In this document: positions 9,420 to 18,615 of the stretch, piece after piece
Numbering within the stretch: the first letter of the stretch is position 1
Layout of the letters: every line of letters begins with the position of its first letter
Origin: Bacillota bacterium
Lineage (GTDB): Bacteria > Bacillota > Sulfobacillia > JAJZYS01 > JAJYTV01
Length of the DNA stretch: 64,000 bases
NCBI GenBank assembly: GCA_021799275.1
Contig: JAJZAT010000002.1
Coordinates: 1,293 to 65,292, forward strand
Direction of reading: 5' to 3'
Made by a program: the position numbers and the translations under genes
The notes under the pieces: model-generated
What the model saw: only the letters and a program-made list of their open reading frames with translations
Database searches by the model: none
What the model was told of the DNA's origin: nothing

Positions 9420-10934
9420 CTAGGTCAAGGGCACGATCTGCCCGGCCTGCACCCAGACGTGTTCGTAGGCCGCGAGGCCGAAGAGGGCCAGGACCGCCGC
9501 GAAGGGCAACATGGCGGCGCCGTGCCAGAGGACCGCGGCCACCGCCAGCGCGAGCGGCAGAAGAAGCCCCGGTACGACCGCCGCACCCCAGAAGGTGCGG
9601 CGCAGGGCGCCGCGGGTGACGGCGTGGGCCGCGAGCTCCACCTCGCGCGACGGATGCGGCAGCACGAATTCGGCTGCGGTGAAGAGCCCGTGCAGCAAGA
9701 GGAGGGTGAGGAGGGCGTACGCGAGTGGCCAGAGGGCATGGGAGGGGGTGATGCTCGTCTCGATCAGACCCAGGGCAGCGGCGGCGATCCCAGCCTGCAC
9801 GAGGAGATGCCAGAAGACGAGCGGGTTCTGCCAGAAGTCCCGGCCCTCCGCCTGCCCGAACAGGAAGGCGCTGTAGGCCGCGGCCGCCGCGCCGAGCAGG
9901 ACGAGAAGGACGGCCAGGGGCCCGCCCGGCACGCCCGAGAGCAGGGATGCCGCAAAGAAGACGGTAGTGACGAGGCCGAACGCGGTCAGGATGTAGCCGC
10001 CCCAGACGAGCCAGGAGGTGAGGTGCGGCCGCAGCAGGAGCCGCCAGAAGCGCTCCGGCCGCTTGAGGTCGGCCACGAGCAGCAGGAGCGTCAGGCCGAG
10101 GAAGACGAGGGCGACGAGCGGATTGAGGACGCCTGTGAGCCAACGCGGCAGGCCGCCGGCCAGGAGGGCCGAGATGCCCGCGAGGATCGCGGCGCCGGCG
10201 GAGACGGACTTCGTCCAGAGGTAGGCCGAGACCATCCAGCCCCATGGCTGGCGCAGGTGCGGCGCGTCGTAGACCTTCACGGCCTGGGCGTGGTCACGGG
10301 CCGGCTCCTCGAGCCCCGCGGCGGGAGCGTCCGGCTGGTCCGCCCACATGTAGGCGCCGACCGACACGGACCCGAGCGGGTCCAGCGTCGCCTCGTCGGC
10401 GCCGATGTAGAAGACGTGCGGCCGGGTACCCTGCTCGGGCTTGCGCACCTGCACGGGCTCGCGGGCGACGAGCTGCGCGATCAGCGTCGAGGGGTCGTCG
10501 AGATCCCCGGTGACGATCGCCTCTTCCGGGCAGACGACCACGCAGGCGGGCAGGAGCCCCTCCTCGACGCGGTGGGCGCAGAAGTTGCACTTCGCCGCCG
10601 TGTGCTCCGCGGGGTCGATGTAGATGGCGTCGTAGGGACACGCCTCCATGCAGGCCTTGCAGCCGATGCACTTCGAGTTGTCGAAGTCGACAATGCCGTT
10701 CTCGCGCTTGAAGAGCGCGCCTGTCGGGCAGATCGCGACGCAGGGCGCGTTGTCGCAGTGGTTGCAGCGGTTCACCTGAAAGAAGCGGCGCGTATTGGGA
10801 AACGCGCCGCGCTCGACGTACTGGACCCACGTCCGGTTCACGCCCAGCGGCACATCGTGCTCCGCCTTGCACGCCACGGTGCACGCGTGGCAGCCGATGC
10901 ACTTGCGCTGGTCGATGAGGAAGCCGAGTCGCAC
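9420..10934 (-). CDS. Fused 4x[4Fe-4S] electron-transfer subunit (DmsB/PsrB-like) and NrfD/PsrC membrane anchor
   Basis: CIGCHACTVAC, CNHCDNAPCVAICP, CIGCKACMEACP, CNFC...PACVVVCP, then WGWMVSAYL...DLKRPERF...TSWLVWG and several TM helices. GTG at 10934 follows GGGAGG. Confidence 0.9.
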   Translation of the reverse strand: MRLGFLIDQRKCIGCHACTVACKAEHDVPLGVNRTWVQYVERGAFPNTRRFFQVNRCNHCDNAPCVAICPTGALFKRENGIVDFDNSKCIGCKACMEACPYDAIYIDPAEHTAAKCNFCAHRVEEGLLPACVVVCPEEAIVTGDLDDPSTLIAQLVAREPVQVRKPEQGTRPHVFYIGADEATLDPLGSVSVGAYMWADQPDAPAAGLEEPARDHAQAVKVYDAPHLRQPWGWMVSAYLWTKSVSAGAAILAGISALLAGGLPRWLTGVLNPLVALVFLGLTLLLLVADLKRPERFWRLLLRPHLTSWLVWGGYILTAFGLVTTVFFAASLLSGVPGGPLAVLLVLLGAAAAAYSAFLFGQAEGRDFWQNPLVFWHLLVQAGIAAAALGLIETSITPSHALWPLAYALLTLLLLHGLFTAAEFVLPHPSREVELAAHAVTRGALRRTFWGAAVVPGLLLPLALAVAAVLWHGAAMLPFAAVLALFGLAAYEHVWVQAGQIVPLT

Positions 10935-10968
10935 CCGTGGAGCCCTCCCCTGGGGAAACTTGAGCTCC

Positions 10969-11012
10969 ATTCTACGGTTTGCGACGCGGGGCAGCGTTTC
11001 GAGAATCGCAAC
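10969..11012 (-). promoter_or_regulatory. Putative -10 box plus LysR-type dyad upstream of the molybdoenzyme operon
   Basis: TAGAAT at 10969-10974 (minus strand); imperfect palindrome GTTTCGA-GAA-TCGCAAC at 10996-11012 containing T-N11-A. Confidence 0.4.
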
Positions 11013-11124
11013 GGCCGTTCGTGCCGGCATGCACAAGCTCGAGGGGCGGACCGCAAGGGACCCGCCTGAACGAGAAGAGACCGCCGAGGTGGCGGACGCA
11101 CCCGGCGGCTTCTCCCGAAAGGAG

Positions 11125-12021
11125 TCAGACTGCGATGTCCGCCTGGTCTGACCGGTGCCGCAGGAAGTGGTAGGCGGCCTGCGCCGCGGAGGTGGCGAAG
11201 GGCTCCGAGCGGTGCACCAGCAGGAACCAGCGCCGCAGGCTCATCCCGGCTACTGGCCTTGTCGCGAGTGTCTCCTGGGACAGTTCGCGCTCGACGCAGC
11301 GATCCGAGAGGAACGCGATCGCCGTGCCGGCCTCGACCCAGCGCTTGATCGCCTCGGTGCTCCCCACTTCAATGGTCGCGAAGGCCCTGAGTTCCTCCTG
11401 GCCGAACTCCGCCTCCAGCACCGCCCGCGTACCCGAACCGCCCTCGCGCAGCACGAGCGGTACGCCAAGGAGATCCTCGCGCTGCAGCACATCCTTCGCC
11501 GCGAGCGGGTGGCCGGGATGCATGACGAGCACGAGACGGTCCTCCATCCAGCGCCGGCGCAGCAGGCGGCCCACGTCCGGCGTCTCGACGAGGCCGAAGT
11601 CTAGGTGGCCGTGGTCGACGCCGGCCAGGACGTCGTGGCTGTTGTGGATCTCAAGCCGCAGCGACACCTTCGGGTACGCCGCCCTGAAGGATTCGAGCAG
11701 GGCGGGCAGCACGTAGCCCCCCACCGTCTGGGAGGCACCGATCGCGACCGAGCCCTCCACGCGGCCCGCCAGCTGGTCCGCGAGGCTCGAGACCTCCCGC
11801 ACCCGTGCGAGGATCGCCACGTAGTGCGGCAGCAGCGCCTCGCCGGTCGGGGTCAGGGATACCTCCGGCTCGCGGTTCAGGAGCCTGAGGCCGCATTCGT
11901 CCTCGAGCGCCTTCAGCCGGACGCTGATCGCCGAAGGCGAGACATGCAGCAGGCGCGCGGCCTTGCCGAAGCTTCGTTCGCGCGCGACGGTGACAAACGC
12001 CTCACAGGCGTCAAGGTTCAC
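11125..12021 (-). CDS. LysR-family regulator, CysL/YeiE-like
   Basis: HTH ERSFGKAARLLHVSPSAIS; effector-domain motifs IGASQTVGGYVLP, HNSHDV, DFGLVE, LREGGSGTR, GSTEAIK. Confidence 0.88.
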   Translation of the reverse strand: MNLDACEAFVTVARERSFGKAARLLHVSPSAISVRLKALEDECGLRLLNREPEVSLTPTGEALLPHYVAILARVREVSSLADQLAGRVEGSVAIGASQTVGGYVLPALLESFRAAYPKVSLRLEIHNSHDVLAGVDHGHLDFGLVETPDVGRLLRRRWMEDRLVLVMHPGHPLAAKDVLQREDLLGVPLVLREGGSGTRAVLEAEFGQEELRAFATIEVGSTEAIKRWVEAGTAIAFLSDRCVERELSQETLATRPVAGMSLRRWFLLVHRSEPFATSAAQAAYHFLRHRSDQADIAV

Positions 12022-12140
12022 GCGACGTCCCCCTGTCGCAGACCTGGACACTTGATGCCCCCGCCGGGCCGGACACCACGGCGACGGTGATGCTGCAATT
12101 CGCAGACAGGGCGCGCCACTCCTCCCTCAGGGTGGCGGGT

Positions 12141-12692
12141 TTAAATGGGGCCGCGCCGCGGGCGCTGCCGCGTCGCCCATTCCTCACGGGAGATCGCGTA
12201 GACGTGATGCGGGTAGCCCGCTTTGACGAGGCTCGAGACGGGACGCATCCCGTTGCGCTCCGCCACCCGGATGGAGGGCAGGTTCTGCTCGCGGATGAGG
12301 GACACGACGCGCGGGACGGCGAGGTGCGTGAACGCCCAGTCCCGGCACGCCCTGGCCGCCTCCGTGGCGTAGCCATGGCCCCAGAACCGTCGCACGAAGA
12401 GATAGGCGACTTCCACCTCCGTCGCCCCGTGCACGTCCTGCGCGAGCAGGCCGCACTGGCCGAGGAAGCGCCCGTCCTCCCTGCGCTCGACGATCCAGAA
12501 GCCATGGCCGTGCTGCCTGTAGCTCGCCTGTGCCCGCTCGACCCAGGCGATCGCGCCATCGCGGTCGATGGTGCTCGGGTAGTGCCGCATGGCGATCGGG
12601 TCCTGGAAGATCTCGAGCAGAAGCTCGGCGTCCGGGGGCGTCATCGCTCGCAGGCGGAGGCGGTCGGTCTCGAGGATGGGCAGGTGCGGCAC
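12141..12692 (-). CDS. GNAT (RimJ/RimL-type) N-acetyltransferase
   Basis: ETDRLRLR, EVAY...FWGHGYATEAA, NLPSIRVAERNGM. Confidence 0.88.
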   Translation of the reverse strand: MPHLPILETDRLRLRAMTPPDAELLLEIFQDPIAMRHYPSTIDRDGAIAWVERAQASYRQHGHGFWIVERREDGRFLGQCGLLAQDVHGATEVEVAYLFVRRFWGHGYATEAARACRDWAFTHLAVPRVVSLIREQNLPSIRVAERNGMRPVSSLVKAGYPHHVYAISREEWATRQRPRRGPI

Positions 12693-12725
12693 CTCCAGGA
12701 GATGTCTTGTCTCGCGTCGCGCGGA

Positions 12726-13817
12726 TCAGCGCTCCAGCCGGTGTCCACCCTGACCGCCCGGCACGAGCCACTCGGCCAGGCGGTCGGCCTCGCCGCGGAG
12801 TTCCTCCATCCGGCTGGGCGTGAGGGTCCGCAGGGGCCTGAGCACCACGGTGCAGTTGCGGGCGGTCTCCTCGACGTCCCATAGGCCCGCGACCTGGCCG
12901 TCCACGAGAAAGGTCGCGAGCACGCGGCCGTCCCGCATGATCACCTTGTCCCGCAGGTCGGGGGCCAGCACGCGGCTGCGGTCCTCGTACGCGAGGAGGA
13001 GGTTGTCCCAGCGCGGCAGGAAGCGCACGGGCAGATCCGTGTCCGGCGTCTCGGGCGGCCGGGCTAGGTCCAGAAAGACCCCACTCCCCGCCTCAAGTTG
13101 CCGCAGGCGGTCGCCGAGCCGCCCCTGTACGGCTTGGGCCCGCGCCAGGCCGAGGCCGGACCAGTGGGCGTAGTCCTTTGCCGTCGCGGGCCCGAAGGCG
13201 GCCAGGTAGCGCAGCAGGAGGTTCTCCTCAGCCGCCCGTGGGTCTGTCTCAGGGGAGATGGCCGCCCAGCCGTACTCTGGAGAGCCATTGCCGCGCCAGG
13301 CGCCCGCCGGCGGCAATTGGACGACCGGGGCGAGCGCCTTGGCGGCGAAGGAAAGGCTCGCGGCCGGCGCCCCGGGGTAGAGGGGCTGCAGGATGCGTTC
13401 GAACTCCCTGAACGCAACGGTCTGGCGCTGGCGCAAGGCCTCGGCCACCTTGCGCCGGACGAGGTCCTCGTCGATTTCTTTGGCGACGCGCGGGAAGAAG
13501 CCGTGGAAGGCCCGCCGCCGGGCCTCGGCGAGCGCTGTGAAGTAGTGCGGGTACTCGTCGGCGGCCACGAGATGCAACGTGCCCCGCATCAGGGTGGCCT
13601 TGTAGGCCTTGCCCTGCGCGAGGGCTTCTTCTAAATCCCGGCGACGAAAGTGCCCAAGGCGGCTCCAGAGCGAAATGTATGGCGACCTGCGATGTTGGGC
13701 GTTGAGGCCCCCGAGGTGACGCATGGCCTCGATGGGGGCCATCTCGGCGCGACCGAGCAGCAGCTGTCGGCCGAGCGTCATGCGGCGCAGTTCGCCGGGG
13801 TCAAGACGCTCGCTCAA
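12726..13817 (-). CDS. HTH_42 / AlkZ-like DNA glycosylase family winged-helix protein
   Basis: TLGRQLLL, GLNAQ...SLWSRL, LMRGTLHLV, YLAAFGPAT..D..HWSGL, RFLPRWDNLLLAY, LVDGQVAGLW. Confidence 0.85.
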   Translation of the reverse strand: MSERLDPGELRRMTLGRQLLLGRAEMAPIEAMRHLGGLNAQHRRSPYISLWSRLGHFRRRDLEEALAQGKAYKATLMRGTLHLVAADEYPHYFTALAEARRRAFHGFFPRVAKEIDEDLVRRKVAEALRQRQTVAFREFERILQPLYPGAPAASLSFAAKALAPVVQLPPAGAWRGNGSPEYGWAAISPETDPRAAEENLLLRYLAAFGPATAKDYAHWSGLGLARAQAVQGRLGDRLRQLEAGSGVFLDLARPPETPDTDLPVRFLPRWDNLLLAYEDRSRVLAPDLRDKVIMRDGRVLATFLVDGQVAGLWDVEETARNCTVVLRPLRTLTPSRMEELRGEADRLAEWLVPGGQGGHRLER

Positions 13818-14284
13818 GCGTCGTCGGCGCAGCAGCAGGCGACCGTTGCCCCGCTGGCGCGGCGAAGCTCCTCGCCGGAGGTGGCGAAGAGCGCTTTCGG
13901 CCCGCCGGCGGCGGCGTAGAGCCGCCCGTCTTCGGCGAGGCAGGCGTCGAGCACGGTGCGCAGAGGTCGCAGGTGGCCGAACGGCGGCACGCCGCCGATG
14001 GCATAGCCGGTCTCGTCGTAGACGCGGTCCGGGTCGGCCCTGCGCACCCTACCGGCATCGAGCACGGCCCGCAGGCGCTCCGGATCGACCTTGCGGTCGC
14101 CGCGCTGCAGCACGACGACCGCCTCATCATCCGCGAGAAACACGAGCGACTTGACGATCTGACGCTGCAGGCAGCCGACGGCTCGCGCCGCGTCCTCCGC
14201 GGTGCGGGTCGACGCGGCGAGTTCCTGCACCTCGGGACGGAAACCTCCGCTTGCGGCGCGACGCAGGAAGTCTTGAGGTCCCAC
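13814..14284 (-). CDS. YbaK/EbsC family aminoacyl-tRNA deacylase
   Basis: STRTAEDAARAVGC..QIVKSLVF, TGYAIGGVPPFGH, AAAGG. GTG at 14284 follows a G-rich SD. Confidence 0.88.
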   Translation of the reverse strand: MGPQDFLRRAASGGFRPEVQELAASTRTAEDAARAVGCLQRQIVKSLVFLADDEAVVVLQRGDRKVDPERLRAVLDAGRVRRADPDRVYDETGYAIGGVPPFGHLRPLRTVLDACLAEDGRLYAAAGGPKALFATSGEELRRASGATVACCCADDA

Positions 14285-14333
14285 GCTTGTCCCCCCCGCG
14301 GCACGCTTCGCCGGGCATGCCCCGGCACCCTGC

Positions 14334-15536
14334 CTAGGGCAGTGGCGACGCGAGCCGGTAGCCGGCCTTCTGGAGGCCCTGCGCCAGCGTTGGCAATGCC
14401 TGCAGGTCGCTCTCCCTGACCGGCACGGCCAGCACCTGGCCGCCGCTCGCCTTGGCGAGCGCCTGCGAGGCCGTTTCCTCATTGGCCACGACCACCGTCA
14501 CGTGTTGCGCCGCGAGGCTCGTGAGGGCCGCCGCCGACAGTGATCCTTGCCAGAGCACCGCCTGCGCTCCGGTGCGCTCCACGTCCTTGAGGCTCCGCGT
14601 CGCCAGCAGCACCTTGTCGCTGCCGCCCAGGCTGTAGAGCGACGTCGGCAAGGCGAGCACCATGCCTGCGGGCATGCCCTTGCGCAGGGCCAGGGCGCTC
14701 GACTGGTCCTGGGCGACGACCACCACCGCGAGCTGCGGCGTGCCGGCCCCTCCCCACTGCGCCAGGGTGCGGCCCGGAATCACCTGGCCGCCGCCCGGGT
14801 TCTTCGCGCCGGACTTGCCGCCCTGGCCGGATGGCGGCTGCGACGCGCCGGACCCGCTCGCGACCGGTGTGGTGGCGGGGGCCGGGTTCGTGCCCGCTGC
14901 GGGTACGCCCGCGTAGGGCAGCTCGAGTTTCTGGCCAGCGAGGATCAGGCTGCTCCCGCCGTTCGCGGCGAGCAGATTTGCGGCAGGCAGGCCGTACGTC
15001 TCGGCGATGCCGTCGATCGTCTGGCCCGGTTGGACGCTGTAGCTCCGTTCGAAGAGCGCATCCCAGGTGGCGGGGCCGGCGATGCCGTCGACGCCGATGC
15101 CGCGCGCGGCCTGCAGCTGGCGTACGGCCGCCGCGGTGGCGCTGCCGAAGACGCCGTCCGCCTGCACCTTGATGCCGTCGGCACTCAAAATAGACTGGAG
15201 GTCCTGCACGGCCGGACCCTTGTCCCCCATCTGCACGACCGGCGCCGATGCCGCCACCTTCGCGACGATGTCGGCCAGCACGGCAGCACCGACCTTGCCG
15301 TCGGCGGGCAGGCCGGCCTGGCTCTCGAGGCGGCTGACGGCCGCGGCCGTCTCGGGCCCGTAGACGCCGTCGACGGCGCCGGGAGCGAAGTGCAGGCGCG
15401 AGAGTTCCGTCTGCAGTGCGGACACCGCGGGGCCTTGGGTGCCCGAACCGAGCGGCGTGAACGATGCGGACAGCAGCAGCAGCCAGATCATGGCGATCGG
15501 CGGCATGATCATCACCTCGGCACCAGCCTTGCCCAT
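14334..15536 (-). CDS. Secreted protein with two PG_binding_1 domains, a LysM domain and an unassigned C-terminal domain
   Basis: GTQGPAVSALQ...DGVYGPETAAAV...DGKVG; second copy DGVFGSAT...DGIAGPATW; LysM YSVQPGQTIDGIAETYG...ILAGQKL. Start uncertain (15506-15536). Confidence 0.8.
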   Translation of the reverse strand: MGKAGAEVMIMPPIAMIWLLLLSASFTPLGSGTQGPAVSALQTELSRLHFAPGAVDGVYGPETAAAVSRLESQAGLPADGKVGAAVLADIVAKVAASAPVVQMGDKGPAVQDLQSILSADGIKVQADGVFGSATAAAVRQLQAARGIGVDGIAGPATWDALFERSYSVQPGQTIDGIAETYGLPAANLLAANGGSSLILAGQKLELPYAGVPAAGTNPAPATTPVASGSGASQPPSGQGGKSGAKNPGGGQVIPGRTLAQWGGAGTPQLAVVVVAQDQSSALALRKGMPAGMVLALPTSLYSLGGSDKVLLATRSLKDVERTGAQAVLWQGSLSAAALTSLAAQHVTVVVANEETASQALAKASGGQVLAVPVRESDLQALPTLAQGLQKAGYRLASPLP

Positions 15537-15566
15537 CGGCCAGGACGGCAGACGCCGAAGGCGACC

Positions 15567-15944
15567 TTAGAGCGCAAGCCCCAGTATGCCGCCGATCGCG
15601 CCGACGACGAGACTCAGCACGATGCGCAAGGCGAGGCCCGATGGCTGCATCGGGAGGTCGTAGACGAGGATGCCGAGCAGGTAGAGCACCAAAAACAGCA
15701 GCAGGCCCGCCGCGGCGCCGTGCCATAGCCCCGCGCGGCCGGCCCGGCGCGCGGCGCTGAAGCCGCTCGCGAGCACGGAAAGCCACGCCACCGCCACGGT
15801 GGCGAGCGGGATGAAGCCGGCGGAATCCTGCACGACATAGAGCACCAGGGATGCGATCAGGAGGAGCACGGCCGCGGTCACGGCACCCATCCCGGCGCCA
15901 CGCAGCACCGACTGCCCGTCGAAGCCGTCCTCGGAAGCCATCAT
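15567..15944 (-). CDS. TIGR04086/YrzE-like (DUF3792) four-TM membrane protein
   Basis: Four hydrophobic helices; SGFSAARRAGRAGLWHGAAAG and C-terminal GAIGGILG. Confidence 0.7.
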   Translation of the reverse strand: MMASEDGFDGQSVLRGAGMGAVTAAVLLLIASLVLYVVQDSAGFIPLATVAVAWLSVLASGFSAARRAGRAGLWHGAAAGLLLFLVLYLLGILVYDLPMQPSGLALRIVLSLVVGAIGGILGLAL

Positions 15945-15984
15945 GCACCACCCCCTGCCCAGGGCTATGCGGGGGTGGTCCGAT

Positions 15985-18615
15985 TCATGGCAGGAAGCGA
16001 GGCAGCCTTTCGAGCACTTCTTCGGTCGAGCCGATGACCCGCTCGGCGTCCGGCAGGGCGTCCAGGAGGTAGCGCCCGTACCGTGCGGTCGCGAGCCGGC
16101 GGTCCAGGATGAGCACAGCCCCCTGGTCGGTGCTGGAGCGGATGAGGCGCCCGAAGCCCTGCTTGAGGCGCAGGGCCGCGTCGGGCAGGCTGATCTCGTT
16201 GAAGGACGAGCGGCCCTCGGCTTCCATCGCCTCCTGGCGCGCTTCCCAGACCGGTCTGTCCGGCGGCTGGAACGGCAGCTTCACGAGGACTACGAGCGCA
16301 AGCGCCGAGCCGACGACGTCGACGCCCTCCCAGAAGCTCTGCGCGCCGAACACGACGACGCGCTCGTCCTGGCGCAGGGCATCCAGGAGCCGCGAGCGCG
16401 GTCCGTCCACGCCCTGGGCCAGCAGCTTGAGGCCGAGGGCCTCGAGTGGTTCGCGCAAGGCGGCCTGGAAGGCGCGCAACTGCCGGTGCGCCGTGAACAG
16501 TACCAGGGTGCGGCCACCCGCGCTGGCCAAGGCCTGCAGCAGCACGTCCTGCGCGCGGCTGTCGAAGCTCGGGTCCTTCGGCTCCGGCAGGTCGTTCGGA
16601 ACCAGCAGGGCGCACTGGTCGCGGAAGAAGAACGGCGTCGGCAGCACGGTCTTGTGCACGCGGGGGTCGTCGGCGAGCCCGATCGGATGCAGCAGGAAGC
16701 GGAAGTCGTCACCGACGGCGAGTGTCGCCGAGGTGAGCACGGCCGACTGCAGGCGTCCGAACAGGGTCTCCTGCAGCAGATCGCCGGGATAGAGCGGGGC
16801 CGTGTGGAAGCTCGGCTCGTCGCGGTCCGGGAGGTCGCACCAGACGACGTCCCCGGGGTCTCCGAGCAGGATGCGGTCGCACAGGCCCACATCGCGCTGC
16901 GCGGATTCGGCGAGGGCCCGCAGCTCCGCCTGCTGGTGCTCCCCCGCGCCCTGTGCCACGCCTTCCGTGGCGTGGGCCAGATCCGCGAGCGCCAGGGCGA
17001 GGTTTTCGATTTCCTCGCGGAAGGCCGCTCCCGGCGCGCCTGAGAGGAACTCGGGCTTGAGGCGGACGCTGCGGCGGCTCGGAAACTCTTTGCGCACCGC
17101 CGTCACCGCGCCCTGGGCGTGTTCCTGCACCGACCGCTGGGCGTCGCGGCAGGCGCTGCCGCCGACGGCGGCCGCTCGCTGGCCGCGGCGGCGCAATTCG
17201 CGGAGCGAGAGTTCGCCGCCGAGATGGTCGGTGGCCGCGGCGTCGAGGCCATGCGCCTCGTCGACGATCAGATGCTCGAAGGGCGGCAGCACGCTCTGCC
17301 CGCTCGCGGCGTCCGAGAGCAGAAGGGCGTGATTGACGACGATCAGGTGCGCCAGTTCCGCCCTGCGCCGCGCCGCGAAGAAGTAGCAGTCGCGGTAGGC
17401 TGCGCAGCGCTCGCCGCTGCAGGTCTCGGCGGTAGCCTCGATCCTGGACCAGAGGTCGCTCTCGATCTGCACCTCCGAGCGCTCGCCGCTCTCCGTGCGG
17501 TGCAGCCAGAACGCGACCTTCGCAAGCTGCAGGCGGTCGTCGCCGGGCAGTTGCGCCAGGCTTTGCGCCACCTCGCCCTGCCAGCGCCAGAGGCAGAGAT
17601 AGTTCTGGCGGCCCTTGAGGAGATGCGCGCGCACCGGCCAGCCGGTCGCGGCCAGGAGCGACGGCAGGTCCTTCTGCAGGAGCTGCTCCTGCAGGTTCCT
17701 GGTGCCGGTGGACACCACCACCTTGGCATCCTGCCGCAGGGCGAAGGCCATCGCGGGCAGCAGGTAGGCGAGGCTCTTGCCGGTGCCCGTGGGCGCCTCG
17801 GCCACGAGGAAGCCGCCTTCCTCGAGCGTCTCGTCGACAAGCTCCAGGAGTTCGCGCTGGCTCTCGCGGCGCTCGAGGCCGAGCGCCTCGATCAAGGGAC
17901 TTCCTTCGGCCAGCGACGCGGGGGCGTCGACCGGAATGCGCTGAGCCGGCGGCAGCGGGAACTCCCAGTTCGGGCGCCTCGGCTGCCAGACCTCGTCGGT
18001 CGGATGGAGGAGCGCGGCGGCGCGCAAGGTTGCGGCGAGAGGCTCTTCGAGGCCATCCAGGAGCCGGGCGACGAAGGCGAGCAGCGCCGGGTCCTCGCGA
18101 CGCAGCTCCTCGCGCAGGATGCCGACGAGCTCCGCCGTGACGCGGGCGTCCTCCCCCGCGCGGTGATGGCGGAACTCGAGCTCGTAGCGCGCGGCGGCAG
18201 CGGCCAGCCCGTGGCTCTGCACGTCGGGGTGCGAGATGCGAAAAAGCTCGAGGCTGTCCAGGACGGGGTGCGCCCTGTCCCAGCCGCTGGCGACGAGGAA
18301 GCCGATGTCGAAGGGAGCGTTGTGGGCGACGACGAGATCCTCGCCGACGAAGGCGCGCAGACCCCCGAGGGCCTCCTGCACCCTTGGCTGTCCGCGCACC
18401 ATCTGCTCGTCGATCCCCGTCAGCTGGCGGATGAAGGGCGGGATCGGGCGTCCCGGATCGACCAGCGTCGACCACTCGTCGGTCACCTTGCCGCCCGCGT
18501 AGCGTGCGGCGCCGATCTCCATGATCGCGTCCTGGCTCGCGCTGGAGCCGGTCGTCTCGAGATCTACGGCGACAAACGGGCAGTCAAGCCAGGTGGTCGC
18601 ATCGATTGATGTAAT
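15985..18615 (-). CDS. dinG: DinG-family helicase with an N-terminal DEDDh 3'-5' exonuclease
   Basis: ExoI FVAVDLETTG (upstream of the first ATG), AHNAPFD, HHRAGEDA; EAPTGTGKS; Fe-S Cys in NYLC...CSGERCAAYRDC; DEAH; SATL; FWEGVD; QGFGRLIR. Start proposed at ATT 18615. Confidence 0.9.
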   Translation of the reverse strand: MTSIDATTWLDCPFVAVDLETTGSSASQDAIMEIGAARYAGGKVTDEWSTLVDPGRPIPPFIRQLTGIDEQMVRGQPRVQEALGGLRAFVGEDLVVAHNAPFDIGFLVASGWDRAHPVLDSLELFRISHPDVQSHGLAAAAARYELEFRHHRAGEDARVTAELVGILREELRREDPALLAFVARLLDGLEEPLAATLRAAALLHPTDEVWQPRRPNWEFPLPPAQRIPVDAPASLAEGSPLIEALGLERRESQRELLELVDETLEEGGFLVAEAPTGTGKSLAYLLPAMAFALRQDAKVVVSTGTRNLQEQLLQKDLPSLLAATGWPVRAHLLKGRQNYLCLWRWQGEVAQSLAQLPGDDRLQLAKVAFWLHRTESGERSEVQIESDLWSRIEATAETCSGERCAAYRDCYFFAARRRAELAHLIVVNHALLLSDAASGQSVLPPFEHLIVDEAHGLDAAATDHLGGELSLRELRRRGQRAAAVGGSACRDAQRSVQEHAQGAVTAVRKEFPSRRSVRLKPEFLSGAPGAAFREEIENLALALADLAHATEGVAQGAGEHQQAELRALAESAQRDVGLCDRILLGDPGDVVWCDLPDRDEPSFHTAPLYPGDLLQETLFGRLQSAVLTSATLAVGDDFRFLLHPIGLADDPRVHKTVLPTPFFFRDQCALLVPNDLPEPKDPSFDSRAQDVLLQALASAGGRTLVLFTAHRQLRAFQAALREPLEALGLKLLAQGVDGPRSRLLDALRQDERVVVFGAQSFWEGVDVVGSALALVVLVKLPFQPPDRPVWEARQEAMEAEGRSSFNEISLPDAALRLKQGFGRLIRSSTDQGAVLILDRRLATARYGRYLLDALPDAERVIGSTEEVLERLPRFLP

